Positions 46,394 through 56,265 are shown, numbered from the stretch's first letter. The stretch is DNA of 64,000 nucleotides from an uncultured Candidatus Saccharibacteria bacterium (GCA_964594155.1 CAZQLH010000001.1:74132-138131); one strand, 5' to 3'. Translations and numbers: made by a program. Notes: generated by a model from the letters alone, not told the origin.

Positions 46394-47127
46394 ATAAAGC
46401 TATTATTATGGAAATCAGAGCTGGCGCAGGCGGAGAAGAAGCAGCTCTTTTTGCAGCTGATCTTTTTCAAATGTATTCCCGTTTTGCTGAAAAACAAAAT
46501 TGGCCTACCTTTCTTATTGGAAATAATCCTACTGGCTTAGGCGGTTACCGGGAAATCATTTTTGAAATTAAAGGAAAAGAAGCTTATATTAAACTCAGAC
46601 AAGAAGCTGGCGTTCATCGGGTCCAGCGCATTCCAACTACTGAAAAATCTGGCCGGGTTCATACTTCTACTGTTTCTGTGGCTGTATTGCCGATAGCTAA
46701 TGAAACAGAGATTAAAATTAATCCCCAGGATTTAAGAATTGATGTTTTAAGGGCTTCTGGACCAGGCGGCCAGCATGTTAATAAGATTGAATCAGCTGTT
46801 AGAATCACTCACTTGCCTACTGGCTTGGTAGTCAATTGCCAAAAAGGAAGATCTCAACAACACAATAAGGAAAAAGCTATGCAGGTTTTAAGAGCTCGTC
46901 TTTTATCTAAAAAACAAAAAGAAGAATTAGGACAAAGAAGCGCTAACCGCCGCGAGCAAATTGGCACTGCTGACCGTTCTGAAAAAATCCGCACCTATAA
47001 CTTTCCTCAAAACAGGATTACTGACCATAGAATTAAAAAATCCTGGCATAATTTAGATAAAATAATTGATGGCGATTTAAAACCAATCATTAAAGTTTTT
47101 GAAAAAATTAAAAAAAAGGAGGAATAA
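46390..47127 (+). CDS. prfA: Class-I peptide chain release factor, RF1-like, lacking N-terminal domain 1 (245 aa)
   Basis: It begins at the domain-2 segment [27 protein letters not shown]. The [17 protein letters not shown] (PxT-type) tripeptide region and the GGQ motif ([23 protein letters not shown]) are present. An in-frame TAA 27 nt upstream of the ATG rules out an N-terminal extension. Confidence 0.75.
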   Translation: MNKAIIMEIRAGAGGEEAALFAADLFQMYSRFAEKQNWPTFLIGNNPTGLGGYREIIFEIKGKEAYIKLRQEAGVHRVQRIPTTEKSGRVHTSTVSVAVLPIANETEIKINPQDLRIDVLRASGPGGQHVNKIESAVRITHLPTGLVVNCQKGRSQQHNKEKAMQVLRARLLSKKQKEELGQRSANRREQIGTADRSEKIRTYNFPQNRITDHRIKKSWHNLDKIIDGDLKPIIKVFEKIKKKEE

Positions 47128-47128
47128 A

Positions 47129-48112
47129 ATGAAAAAACGAATCTTTAGCGGTGTTCGACCAAGCGGATCAATTCACATTGGCAATTATTTAGGCGCGATT
47201 AAAAACTGGGTTGAAATTCAGAAAAAGCATGATTCTGTTTTTTGCATTGTTGATTTGCATGCCTTAACTACTTCTTATCAACCTAAAGAATTAACAAAAA
47301 ATACTTTGGGAACAGCTGCTGCTTATTTAGCTCTTGGACTTGATCCTAAAAAAAATATAATCTTTATTCAATCGCATGTTCCAGAACATACTGAAATGAC
47401 CTGGCTGTTAAACACTATTGTTAAAATCCAAGAACTGCAACGAATGACGCAATTTAAAGATAAATCCAAAGAAAAACCGTTTAATATTAATGCTGGTCTT
47501 TTAAATTATCCAGTTTTAATGGCAGCTGATATTTTATTATACAACACAGATGTTGTTCCAGTTGGCCAAGACCAAAAACAGCATGTTGAATTAGCAAGAA
47601 CCTTAGCGCGCAGATTTAACCGGCTTTATGGAAAAACCTTAACTGTGCCTGACGTTTTAATCAAAAAAGAAGGAGCTAAGATTATGCGCCTTGATAATCC
47701 TTTGAAAAAAATGGCTAAAAGCGCTGCTAATCCATACAATGCTATTGCTTTAACTGACTCGCCTGCTTTAATTAAAGACAAAGTTAAAAAAGCTGTAACT
47801 GATTCTGGAAAAGAAATAAAATACAATTCCAAAAAACCAGCTATTGCTAATTTAATGGCTATTTATCATTGTTTTTCTGAAATGTCTTTTAATGAAATTG
47901 AGAATAAGTATAAAAATAAAAACTATGCTGATTTTAAGAAAGATTTAGCTGATATAATTATCAAAGGATTAGCTTCATTCCAGAAAAAGAAAAAAGATCT
48001 GGAAAAGAATCCAGATCAGATTAAGAAAATCTTAGACAATGGAGCTAAACAAGCGCAAACTATTGCTCAGAAAACATTAAAAGATGTTAAAAAGAAAATG
48101 GGATTGATTTAA
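47129..48112 (+). CDS. trpS: Tryptophanyl-tRNA synthetase
   Basis: The start is taken at MKKRIFSGVRPSGSIHIGNYLG (HIGH-type motif), with AGGAGG 6 nt upstream. KMSKS-like KMAKS is present. The ORF track begins 10 codons earlier, inside the prfA 3' end. Confidence 0.9.
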   Translation: MKKRIFSGVRPSGSIHIGNYLGAIKNWVEIQKKHDSVFCIVDLHALTTSYQPKELTKNTLGTAAAYLALGLDPKKNIIFIQSHVPEHTEMTWLLNTIVKIQELQRMTQFKDKSKEKPFNINAGLLNYPVLMAADILLYNTDVVPVGQDQKQHVELARTLARRFNRLYGKTLTVPDVLIKKEGAKIMRLDNPLKKMAKSAANPYNAIALTDSPALIKDKVKKAVTDSGKEIKYNSKKPAIANLMAIYHCFSEMSFNEIENKYKNKNYADFKKDLADIIIKGLASFQKKKKDLEKNPDQIKKILDNGAKQAQTIAQKTLKDVKKKMGLI

Positions 48113-48149
48113 TCCCAATTCAAGGACTGTCCTTAAAAAAAGCTATTTT

Positions 48150-48926
48150 TTATTTACTTTCAAAATACTCCAGTAAAAACCCGACTAACAATTCCCCGCC
48201 TAATTCATCTAATTTGGGCTCAATAAAATACTCTGCCTTAACCCTGTCTGATTTTACAGAAACGCCTTTTCCAATCTGTAACATCTCCTCATCATTATAA
48301 TTATTCCCAGTAGTCATAATTTGTTTTGGTTTAATATTAAGTTTTTCAGCCAAATTACTAATTGCCTTGCCCTTAGACATTTCTTTACTGCCAATATCAT
48401 AACCTTCATTAGTCCAAAGGCAATACAAACTATCTTTAGATGTTTCTTTAACTAAATTAGGTATTTCTTCCATTTGCTCGCAATGCACAGTTAGAATAAA
48501 CAGCTTTGGCTCAAATCCCCTAATTCTTGAATCGTTCTTTTTCATTTCTTTAATCTTTTCTTTCAAATCTCTTAATTGATCAAAATACTCATCTGGATAT
48601 ACTGGATGAGTTATTTTATTATTCAGCCAAGTAATATTGCCGTTTTCCGCTTGAAGAACGGTTTGTTTGTCAAAAATCTCATTAACTAAACTTTTAAGAT
48701 AAAGAATATTCCTGCCTGAAGAAAAATTAATCCGAATATATTTTTCAAGCTTTTTTAAATTTTCTATAAACTCTTGTGAAATCTGTTTTGATTTTATAAA
48801 CAATTCTGTGCCATCTTGGTTCTCTCTTAATTCAGTGCCTACTGGAATAATCACCCCGTCAATATCAAAAGTAACTACCTTAATATTATCTAATTCTTCT
48901 TTTGTAATTTCTTTAATATTTTTCAT
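48150..48926 (-). CDS. HAD-superfamily hydrolase (Cof/SPP-like)
   Basis: The N-terminal motif I VVTFDIDGVII (DxDG) is present. Motif III/IV-like GNNYNDEEM lies near the C-terminus. Confidence 0.5.
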   Translation of the reverse strand: MKNIKEITKEELDNIKVVTFDIDGVIIPVGTELRENQDGTELFIKSKQISQEFIENLKKLEKYIRINFSSGRNILYLKSLVNEIFDKQTVLQAENGNITWLNNKITHPVYPDEYFDQLRDLKEKIKEMKKNDSRIRGFEPKLFILTVHCEQMEEIPNLVKETSKDSLYCLWTNEGYDIGSKEMSKGKAISNLAEKLNIKPKQIMTTGNNYNDEEMLQIGKGVSVKSDRVKAEYFIEPKLDELGGELLVGFLLEYFESK

Positions 48927-48944
48927 AAGTATATTATAACATAA

Positions 48945-50123
48945 CTATCCAAACATTAAAATTTCCGGCCTGAAGATTAAAAGCAGGCCAAGAATGAAAA
49001 TTAGCAAACCGCCGATTAATGTGCTCCATTTGATATATTTATCTGTAAAGCCAATCTGACTTAAAGTTATTACTGCTATTCCAAAAATAATTAAGTCGTC
49101 TATCATGAAAATAAAAGTGTATAGTAAAAGATACGAATAATAACTAAGAGAACTTAATTCATTTAATGACAATATTCGGGTATAAATAGCTGGCAAGCCA
49201 GCTGAACAGAAAAACTCAATTAAATTAACTCCTAAAGCTAATGCAATAATTCCAAGTAAAGTAGCTGGCAAGGCGCTTGACTGAACTACTTGCTTAGCTT
49301 TTTCTGTTAATTTTTCTTGTCTTTTGCCGCCTGCTGGCGCTACTTCGCAAGTTCCAGGCTTGTAAAGGGTAAAATTCCTAATTTGCCAAATACCAGCTCC
49401 TAAGGCAATTATGCCAATGATTATTCTAGTTAATCCAACATAACTAATAGCTAAGAATAAATTAAGCCAAGCTGTTAAAAGTAGATAATAAACTACACCT
49501 GAGGCAAGAATGAAAGTTCCGCCTACTAACCACATTTTCTTCCGAGATTTAACATTAATTAACAAAGCAATCAAGAAAAGCAAAACCCACATAGCGCAAG
49601 GATTAAATCCATCCAAAGCTGCCAATATTACAGTTAAAACCGGTAAAGATAATTTAGAAAGATTAATTTGCCCGATAATAGGATAATTAATAATTTCATC
49701 CTTTTTTTCTTTTTTCTCACACTTTAATTTTTCTAAAGGATTAAAACATTCTTTTGTTAAACAATTTAAAACTGCTTCTTCAATAGCTTTACCAGTAGTT
49801 TCATCATTTAAATAACCAATAATTGCTTCATCTCCGATAAATATAGCTGGAACTCTAACCACTTCTTCTTCTCCGCAAGATTTAAGAAATTCAAGCAATA
49901 ATTTAGCATTATCCTTATTACTATAAACTTCATATGTATTTATTTTAATTGAAGGATATCTTTCCTGAAGATCTTTTAAAAAAACTGCTGGTTTTTTGCA
50001 ATGAGGACAAGTACTGCCATAGAAGAAATGAATTTCTACTTGATTATCTTCTTGAGCAAAAGCAAAATTAGCTAGGCCTAAAAAAACAAACGATATTAAA
50101 ATTAAAACAATAAATTTTTTCAT
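48945..50123 (-). CDS. Thiol:disulfide oxidoreductase: secreted thioredoxin-fold domain (CPHC) fused to a CcdA/DsbD-like transmembrane domain
   Basis: Signal peptide, then FFYGSTCPHCKK (CxxC). The C-terminal 6-8 TM helices have Cys in NPCAMW and FFCSAG, like the DsbD beta-domain and CcdA. Confidence 0.5.
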   Translation of the reverse strand: MKKFIVLILISFVFLGLANFAFAQEDNQVEIHFFYGSTCPHCKKPAVFLKDLQERYPSIKINTYEVYSNKDNAKLLLEFLKSCGEEEVVRVPAIFIGDEAIIGYLNDETTGKAIEEAVLNCLTKECFNPLEKLKCEKKEKKDEIINYPIIGQINLSKLSLPVLTVILAALDGFNPCAMWVLLFLIALLINVKSRKKMWLVGGTFILASGVVYYLLLTAWLNLFLAISYVGLTRIIIGIIALGAGIWQIRNFTLYKPGTCEVAPAGGKRQEKLTEKAKQVVQSSALPATLLGIIALALGVNLIEFFCSAGLPAIYTRILSLNELSSLSYYSYLLLYTFIFMIDDLIIFGIAVITLSQIGFTDKYIKWSTLIGGLLIFILGLLLIFRPEILMFG

Positions 50124-50133
50124 AGTTAATTCT

Positions 50134-50195
50134 AAGGAACGTCCTTAAAATATACGTCCTTTTGCATAAGGACGTATATTTTAAGGACGTTCCTT
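50134..50195. repeat. 62-bp perfect palindrome (28-bp arms, loop ttgcat); copy 2 of the AAGGAACGTCCTT repeat family
   Basis: The arms are identical to the 5783-5844 copy; only the 6-nt loop differs. The element is intergenic between mnmA and the DsbD-like gene. Confidence 0.9.
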
Positions 50196-50198
50196 GAT

Positions 50199-51278
50199 TC
50201 ATTCCTTGATTTCCCCACCACCAAGACAAATATCCCCTTGATAAAAAACCGCCCATTGGCCCGGAGTAATTGCTTTTTGCGGATTATCAAAAACTAATTT
50301 CTTGCCTCTTAGATAAAGCTTAGCTGGAGACAATGATTGATTAAAACGCGTCTTAGCTTCAACTTTAATTGCTTTTTTTGGCGCTTGACCAGAAATAAAA
50401 TGAGGTTTGGAAATAATAATTGTTTTTTTAAAAAGACCTAAGTCATCTTCCTGATTAGTAACAATAAGCTGATTTTTTTTCCTATTAAAACCAATCACCC
50501 ACCAGGGACCGCCTGGAACTGTAATTCCCCGGCGCTGGCCAATGGTATAAAAATGCAACCCTTGATGCTGGCCTAAAACATTATTTTCCTGATCAATAAT
50601 TTCTCCTGATTCAAAGCCGATTTCTTCTTCTAAATAAGAAGTTATTGATTGCTTAGCCACAAAACAAAGATCCTGGCTCTGCTTTATCTTGCTGAAAAAA
50701 TCAAGGCCTTCTTTTTTAGCTATCTTATAAACATGCTCTTTTGTATATCCTCCTAATGGAAAAACTATATTCTTCAACTGTTTCTGAGTTAAAAGACAAA
50801 GAAAATAGCTTTGATCTTTTCTTTCATCTTTTCCTCTAAGAAGTTCATATTTCTTTGTTTCTTTATTCTCTCTTACTCGAGCATAATGACCAGTAGCTAC
50901 ATACTTAATCCCCTTTTTCTTAGCAAAATCAAATAGCTTATTAAATTTTACCAAGCGATTGCAAACCAAACAAGGATTAGGAGTTTTCTTTTCTTTAAGA
51001 ACTCTTAAAAAATATCCAATTACTTTTTCTTTAAAATCAAGTTGCTCATCAATGATATAATATGGGACTTTTAGTTTTTGGCAAATTTCTTTGGCAATAC
51101 TAAACGATTCTGCTGAACAGCAAACATTTTCTCTAAGAATATTTCTTTTATTCTCCCAAATAGAATATTTTAATGAAACGCCAATTGGCTGATATCCTTG
51201 TTTTTTTAACAATAACAAAGAAATCGAGGAATCAACCCCGCCTGACAAGCCAACAACTATTTTTTTTGATTTCTTCAT
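50199..51278 (-). CDS. mnmA: tRNA-specific 2-thiouridylase MnmA
   Basis: The PP-loop VVGLSGGVDSS and the catalytic Cys context are present. The C-terminal domain reads ...GQWAVFYQGDICLGGG. Confidence 0.85.
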   Translation of the reverse strand: MKKSKKIVVGLSGGVDSSISLLLLKKQGYQPIGVSLKYSIWENKRNILRENVCCSAESFSIAKEICQKLKVPYYIIDEQLDFKEKVIGYFLRVLKEKKTPNPCLVCNRLVKFNKLFDFAKKKGIKYVATGHYARVRENKETKKYELLRGKDERKDQSYFLCLLTQKQLKNIVFPLGGYTKEHVYKIAKKEGLDFFSKIKQSQDLCFVAKQSITSYLEEEIGFESGEIIDQENNVLGQHQGLHFYTIGQRRGITVPGGPWWVIGFNRKKNQLIVTNQEDDLGLFKKTIIISKPHFISGQAPKKAIKVEAKTRFNQSLSPAKLYLRGKKLVFDNPQKAITPGQWAVFYQGDICLGGGEIKE

Positions 51279-51279
51279 A

Positions 51280-52542
51280 TTATTCCTTTCTCATTGCCTC
51301 AACTGGGCTTAATTTGGCTGCTTTGCGAGCTGGATAAATGCCAAAAATTAATCCAATAGCCATAGAAACAAAGAAAGCAAGTATAATAGCCAGCCAAGAA
51401 ACATCCACTGGCCAACTGCTTAATCCTTGTGATCTAGCTACAAAGCTGCCTATTAGAAAATTACCAATTCCTAAAACAATTCCAATTACTCCGCCTAAAA
51501 CAGTAATAATTAAACTTTCAATCAAAAACTGCCAAAGAATATTTTTCTTAGTTGCGCCTAATGACTTTCGCAATCCAATTTCATGAGTTCTCTCGCTAAC
51601 TGAAACCAGCATAATATTCATAATGCCGATTCCGCCGACTAATAAGGAAATAGCCGCTAAAAATCCCAATAAAAGATTTAAAATAATACTTATTTCCTGA
51701 ACCTTGCTGATAACTTCCTCCATAGTAGTAATCTGGAAATCATCTTTGGTTGGATCTTTAATATTATGATGACGGCGGAGCATTTGAGAAATTTCCTCAA
51801 TTGCCTGAACAGAATAGCTTTCATCTTTAATGGTTAAAATTATCTCTAATAGATAATCAATTCCTAAAACCTCTTTAAGAGTTGTATTAATAGGAACATA
51901 CATAAAATCATTCATATCAACTCCGCCAAATGAAAAGCCTCCCATTGGCTCTAAGGCGCCAACAATTTTAAAGCTTTGACCCTTTAGCTTAATTTTCTTG
52001 CCTATGGGATCTGCTAACCCAAAAAACTCTTCAGCTAAATTACTGCCTAAAACAGCTACTTTAGCTAATGTCTCATCTTCTGTGTCAGTAAAAAAACGTC
52101 CTTTATCTATTTTAGCTGTCTTCATTACCAAGGGAAAATCAGCATTAGCTCCAAAAAGCAAAACTTTTTTTTCTTTATCCCTGTAAACAGCCCATTCTTG
52201 GGCAAAAGTTTCTCCAGTTACTGCTTCAATATATGGAAATCTTTCTTTATCTTTAAGCGCTTTAATGTCTTTTATCTTAAGAGTTGTTATCTTGATTCCC
52301 TGCATTATGGAAATAGCTGATCCAACTTCGCTTGCTTCCGGCACTTTAACTGCAATATCAAGTATTCCTGGGCCAAATGCTTCAATCTCATTAGTAACAA
52401 AACCTTTTAAGCTTTGCCCTAATGAAAGAATAATTACCACAGCTGATACTCCAATAACAATTCCTAAAATAGAAAAGAAACTGCGCAGTTTATTCGCCTT
52501 TAGAGCAATAATTGATTGTTTGATAATGGAAAAAAGATTCAT
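51280..52542 (-). CDS. ABC transporter permease, MacB/FtsX family (paralogue 2)
   Basis: The start is taken at MNLFSIIKQ..., which aligns with the start of the upstream paralogue; the ORF track begins 22 codons earlier, inside the intergenic palindrome. N-terminal TM, a large periplasmic domain, and a C-terminal FtsX domain with GIGIMNIMLVSVSERTHEIGLRKSLGA. Confidence 0.75.
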   Translation of the reverse strand: MNLFSIIKQSIIALKANKLRSFFSILGIVIGVSAVVIILSLGQSLKGFVTNEIEAFGPGILDIAVKVPEASEVGSAISIMQGIKITTLKIKDIKALKDKERFPYIEAVTGETFAQEWAVYRDKEKKVLLFGANADFPLVMKTAKIDKGRFFTDTEDETLAKVAVLGSNLAEEFFGLADPIGKKIKLKGQSFKIVGALEPMGGFSFGGVDMNDFMYVPINTTLKEVLGIDYLLEIILTIKDESYSVQAIEEISQMLRRHHNIKDPTKDDFQITTMEEVISKVQEISIILNLLLGFLAAISLLVGGIGIMNIMLVSVSERTHEIGLRKSLGATKKNILWQFLIESLIITVLGGVIGIVLGIGNFLIGSFVARSQGLSSWPVDVSWLAIILAFFVSMAIGLIFGIYPARKAAKLSPVEAMRKE

Positions 52543-52553
52543 GATATCAAGCC

Positions 52554-52582
52554 GCAATTCGGCTATCGGATAGCCGAATTGC
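52554..52582. repeat. Perfect GC-rich 29-bp palindrome between the two paralogous FtsX permease genes
   Basis: GCAATTCGGCTATC-g-GATAGCCGAATTGC has 14-bp arms and a 1-nt centre. It lies within the 43-bp spacer between the upstream permease's stop (52586) and the downstream permease's start (52542). Confidence 0.85.
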
Positions 52583-52585
52583 GAA

Positions 52586-53818
52586 TTACTCGTAACGCAA
52601 CGCCTCAATTGGATTTAATTTAGAAGCGCGATTAGCCGGCCAAAGTCCGAATATTAAGCCAACAATAACAGCAACTGTTGTAGAAAGAATAACAGAAAAA
52701 GGCGTCACAATAAATCGCCAGTCATAGTCAAAATAATTAACTCCAATAGATATAACCAAGGCAATCAAAATTCCTAAAACAACACCTATTATTCCTCCGA
52801 TTAAAGTCATAATAGCGCTTTCTATTAAAAACTGGATTAAAATATCTTTTCTTCTGGCGCCAATTGCCTTGCGCAAGCCAATCTCTCTGGTTCTTTCATT
52901 AACTGCTACAAACATAATATTCATAATGCCGATTCCGCCGACTAATAAAGAAATAGCTGCTACAGCTACTAAAAACATTTTAAGCGCTTGAGTAATTGAT
53001 CCTAAAATATCCAAAGCTTGAGCAGTGCTTTTAACTCCAAAATCATCTTTAGCTGGATCTTTAATATGATGTTGATAACGAATAGTTGATTTAACTTGGC
53101 TAATAGTCAAGTTAATATTTTCTGGCTTATCAATTTTGGCTCGAATAAATGTTAAATGATCAACTCCTAAAAGAAGTTTTTGGGCTGTTTTCAAAGGAAC
53201 AAAAACCTGTTCATCTTGATTTTGAAAAGTAACCACTCCTCTTTCTTTCATAACGCCAACAACTTTAAAACTAACTTGATTTATTTTAATTCTTTTATTT
53301 ATAGCGCTATCTTGACCAAATAATTTTTCTTTAACACTACTACCTAAAACAACTACCCTGTCCATTCCATTAACTTCTTCTGGTTTTATAAACCGGCCTG
53401 ATTCAACCGATGTGTCTTCAACTGATGTATATCCCGAAGTAACGCCAGTATAATCAAAATTCTTTGATTTGTTAAAATAACTTATTGTGCCTTGTCCTTT
53501 AATATATGAACAAACTGCCACAATGTGTGACAGTTCTTCTATTGCCAAAGCATCTTCATGTTTAAGAGTGGTTATTTCAATGCCAAAAGCAGAAGCTGGC
53601 GGACCAGCTTCATCAGCAGCTCCTGGCAAAACACCTATTAGATTGCTTCCCATTGCGCTAACTTGGGATAAAAGCAAATCCTGAGCGCTTGCTCCCACTG
53701 CCATAATTGAAATTACTGCGGCTACGCCAATAACAATTCCCAGCATTGTCAAAAAAGAACGGCTCTTTTGTAATAATAAATTATCAAAAGTTAATTTTAA
53801 AACATTAAATAGATACAT
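52586..53818 (-). CDS. ABC transporter permease, MacB/FtsX family (paralogue 1)
   Basis: 410 aa with the same architecture as paralogue 2. The FtsX motif is GIGIMNIMFVAVNERTREIGLRKAIGA. Confidence 0.75.
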   Translation of the reverse strand: MYLFNVLKLTFDNLLLQKSRSFLTMLGIVIGVAAVISIMAVGASAQDLLLSQVSAMGSNLIGVLPGAADEAGPPASAFGIEITTLKHEDALAIEELSHIVAVCSYIKGQGTISYFNKSKNFDYTGVTSGYTSVEDTSVESGRFIKPEEVNGMDRVVVLGSSVKEKLFGQDSAINKRIKINQVSFKVVGVMKERGVVTFQNQDEQVFVPLKTAQKLLLGVDHLTFIRAKIDKPENINLTISQVKSTIRYQHHIKDPAKDDFGVKSTAQALDILGSITQALKMFLVAVAAISLLVGGIGIMNIMFVAVNERTREIGLRKAIGARRKDILIQFLIESAIMTLIGGIIGVVLGILIALVISIGVNYFDYDWRFIVTPFSVILSTTVAVIVGLIFGLWPANRASKLNPIEALRYE

Positions 53819-53820
53819 AA

Positions 53821-54537
53821 TTATTTCTCCAAACCATCTTTAGCTGCATGCTGATTAGCTACTCTTTGATCAGAAATAATTTGACCGTCTTTTAAGATTA
53901 TAATCCGTCGGGCGCATTCAGCCACATATTTTTCATGAGTAACCATTAAAATAGTATGGCCTTCTTCATTTAAATCCTGTAAAACTTCCATTACTTCCTG
54001 GCCTGATTTGCTGTCTAAATTACCAGTTGGCTCATCAGCTAAAATTAAGCGCGGTTGATTAATTAAAGCCCTTACAATTGCCACTCTTTGCTGTTCTCCT
54101 CCAGAAAGCTGATTAGGATGATGATTAACCCTATGAGACAAACCTACTTTATCTAAAAGCTGCCTAGCTTTTTCTTCAACTTCTTTTTTGTCTATATCTG
54201 GAGTATAAATGGTTGGCAAAAGAACATTATCTAAAACAGAAGTTCTAGCCAAAAGATTATATGATTGAAAGATAAAACCAACTCTTTGATTTCTAATTTG
54301 AGCTAATTTATCATCATCAAACTCATTTATATCCTCATTATCAAAAAAATACTCGCCAGATGTTGCCCTGTCTAAAAATCCAATTATATGCATTAAGGTT
54401 GATTTTCCTGAACCAGAAGAACCCATTACCGCGATAAACCCTCCTTGCTTAATATCAAAAGAAACCCCGCGTAAAGCCGGGGTAACTAATTCTTCATTAA
54501 CATAATCCTTGGTAATATTTTCTAATTTTATAAGCAT
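53821..54537 (-). CDS. ABC transporter ATP-binding protein (MacB/LolD-type)
   Basis: Walker A GSSGSGKST, Q-loop, ABC signature LSGGEQQRVA, Walker B ILADEPTGNLD and the H-loop are all present. Confidence 0.9.
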   Translation of the reverse strand: MLIKLENITKDYVNEELVTPALRGVSFDIKQGGFIAVMGSSGSGKSTLMHIIGFLDRATSGEYFFDNEDINEFDDDKLAQIRNQRVGFIFQSYNLLARTSVLDNVLLPTIYTPDIDKKEVEEKARQLLDKVGLSHRVNHHPNQLSGGEQQRVAIVRALINQPRLILADEPTGNLDSKSGQEVMEVLQDLNEEGHTILMVTHEKYVAECARRIIILKDGQIISDQRVANQHAAKDGLEK

Positions 54538-54554
54538 CTAATTTAATATATATC

Positions 54555-54630
54555 CCTAAACGAATATTCTGAAATTTTTGAGACGCGTCGGAGCCCTTTA
54601 GGGTAAAGCGCGAATAAATTTTAGAATATG
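54555..54630 (-). promoter_or_regulatory. Structured GC-rich element between the HlyD and ATPase genes
   Basis: The imperfect inverted repeat aatattctgaaattt / aaattttagaatat encloses the GC-rich core gagacgcgtcggagccctttagggtaaagcgcg. The core contains the GACGCGTC and CCC-ttta-GGG mini-palindromes. Confidence 0.4.
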
Positions 54631-54647
54631 AGTTTAATAAATTTATT

Positions 54648-56261
54648 CTATCTCTCTATAATCACTTCTTCGTTCTCTCCTAATCCGCTAAGAATTTCTA
54701 CTCTTGTTTCTCCTTCTAATCCAGTGGCTATTGTTTTTTCTTTTCTCTTTCCATTTTCAATAACTACAACATATTTCCGCCCATTTGTTTCTTTAATGCT
54801 GTAATAAGGCAGATATAAAATATTTTCTTTTTTATCTGTTTCAATATCTAAATTAACTGTCATGCCTGATTTAATCCTTTCATCTTCTGCGTCAAAAATA
54901 GAAGTTGCTTTATAGTAAATTACCCCAGAAACAATTGTTTCAGCTGGATTAATTTTAATAATCTTGCCAGTAAATTTTTCATCCGGACCTAAAGCATCTA
55001 AGGTCATATCTATTTTATCCCCTAAATTAACTTTAGCAATTTCTGTTTCTGAAATATTAGCTTCAATTTGGAAATTGCTTGTGCTAATCATTGAAACAAT
55101 TATTGAATTAGCTTGGGCTGTTTCTCCTTCTTCCTTTTCTATAACAGTAATAATTCCGTTAGTTGGAGCTTTTAAAATAGTTTTATTTATTTTTTCATAA
55201 ATCTGAAGCACATTTGCCTGAGCTTGATTAACTTCAGCTTGAGCTAAATCAATATCAGTTTGCCTAGGGCCGGCTTTTTTCAAAACTAATTCATCTTGAG
55301 CTTTTTTTAGATTGGTTTTAGTTGTATCTAAATTAGCTTCAGCTGTATTAATATTTGTCTGATTAGTTATTTTAGTTGAGCTAATTGATTGTTCAGCTGA
55401 AGTTAAATTAACCAATTGATTATCAATACTAGCTCTTTCTGTATCAATATTTGTTTCATCAGCTGAAGAAACTGAATTGCTGACGCTTGGATCATCTAAA
55501 GCTGCCCTTAAATAAGCCAAAGCATTTCTAGCGCTAATAACAGCTGTTTTCATCGCGTCTAAAGCTGAATCAATATTGCTATGCGTAGGATTGTTATCAG
55601 CTACATCTAAATAATCTTCAGCTATAGATAAATCGTTTTGAGCTACGCTTTCTTTGCTTTTAACAGCAATAGATAATTGGCTGCTGCCATTAAAATAGTT
55701 TTTTCTAACTCCAGCAAAAATTATTAATAAGGCCTGATCAGTTACTGTATAAGCTGTCTTAACAGTATCTAAAGCGTCTTCATAAGAAGCATCCAAATCA
55801 TTATCTGCGTCAGCTTGCGCGTCAATCAATGCCTGCTCTTTATTAGATACTTCTATTTGAGCATTATCAACTGCTGTTTGATAAACTTGAATATCTTCTG
55901 GCCTGCTGCCAGCTAAAGTTTGAGCTAATTTTGCTTGAGCAATATCTAAAGCTGCTTGATTAGATTTAAGCTGAGCGTTTAATTCACCTGTATTTAATCT
56001 AATTAAAACCTGATTAGTTGAAACTCTATCGCCAACTTTTGTTTCAATCCTGCTTATTTTCCCCTGATTCTCAAATTGTAAATCTATTTGCTTGGCTGGA
56101 ATAACTGTGCCAGTAACTGAAACATTCTGAATAACATCTCCTTTAGAAACAACTTCTGTGGTATATGGCAGTTCTTTTTCTCCAAAAATTCCCTGATAGG
56201 CAAAATAAAGGCCGATGAAAACAATAATAATACTGATAATAATAATTATTTTCTTTTTCAT
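54648..56261 (-). CDS. HlyD/MacA-family periplasmic adaptor protein
   Basis: N-terminal TM, a lipoyl/beta-barrel segment (VSVTGTVIPAKQIDL), a very long coiled-coil hairpin (about 250 aa) and a C-terminal beta-barrel. Confidence 0.75.
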   Translation of the reverse strand: MKKKIIIIISIIIVFIGLYFAYQGIFGEKELPYTTEVVSKGDVIQNVSVTGTVIPAKQIDLQFENQGKISRIETKVGDRVSTNQVLIRLNTGELNAQLKSNQAALDIAQAKLAQTLAGSRPEDIQVYQTAVDNAQIEVSNKEQALIDAQADADNDLDASYEDALDTVKTAYTVTDQALLIIFAGVRKNYFNGSSQLSIAVKSKESVAQNDLSIAEDYLDVADNNPTHSNIDSALDAMKTAVISARNALAYLRAALDDPSVSNSVSSADETNIDTERASIDNQLVNLTSAEQSISSTKITNQTNINTAEANLDTTKTNLKKAQDELVLKKAGPRQTDIDLAQAEVNQAQANVLQIYEKINKTILKAPTNGIITVIEKEEGETAQANSIIVSMISTSNFQIEANISETEIAKVNLGDKIDMTLDALGPDEKFTGKIIKINPAETIVSGVIYYKATSIFDAEDERIKSGMTVNLDIETDKKENILYLPYYSIKETNGRKYVVVIENGKRKEKTIATGLEGETRVEILSGLGENEEVIIER

Positions 56262-56265
56262 AAGG

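Noticed and set aside
46390-47127. Considered whether the short release factor is ArfB/YaeJ or a programmed-frameshift prfB
   Set aside because: ArfB is about 140 aa and lacks the PxT/SPF codon-recognition region present here. There is no CUU-UGA frameshift site or SPF motif, and the N-terminus is closed by an in-frame stop. An RF1-like domain 2-4 protein fits best.
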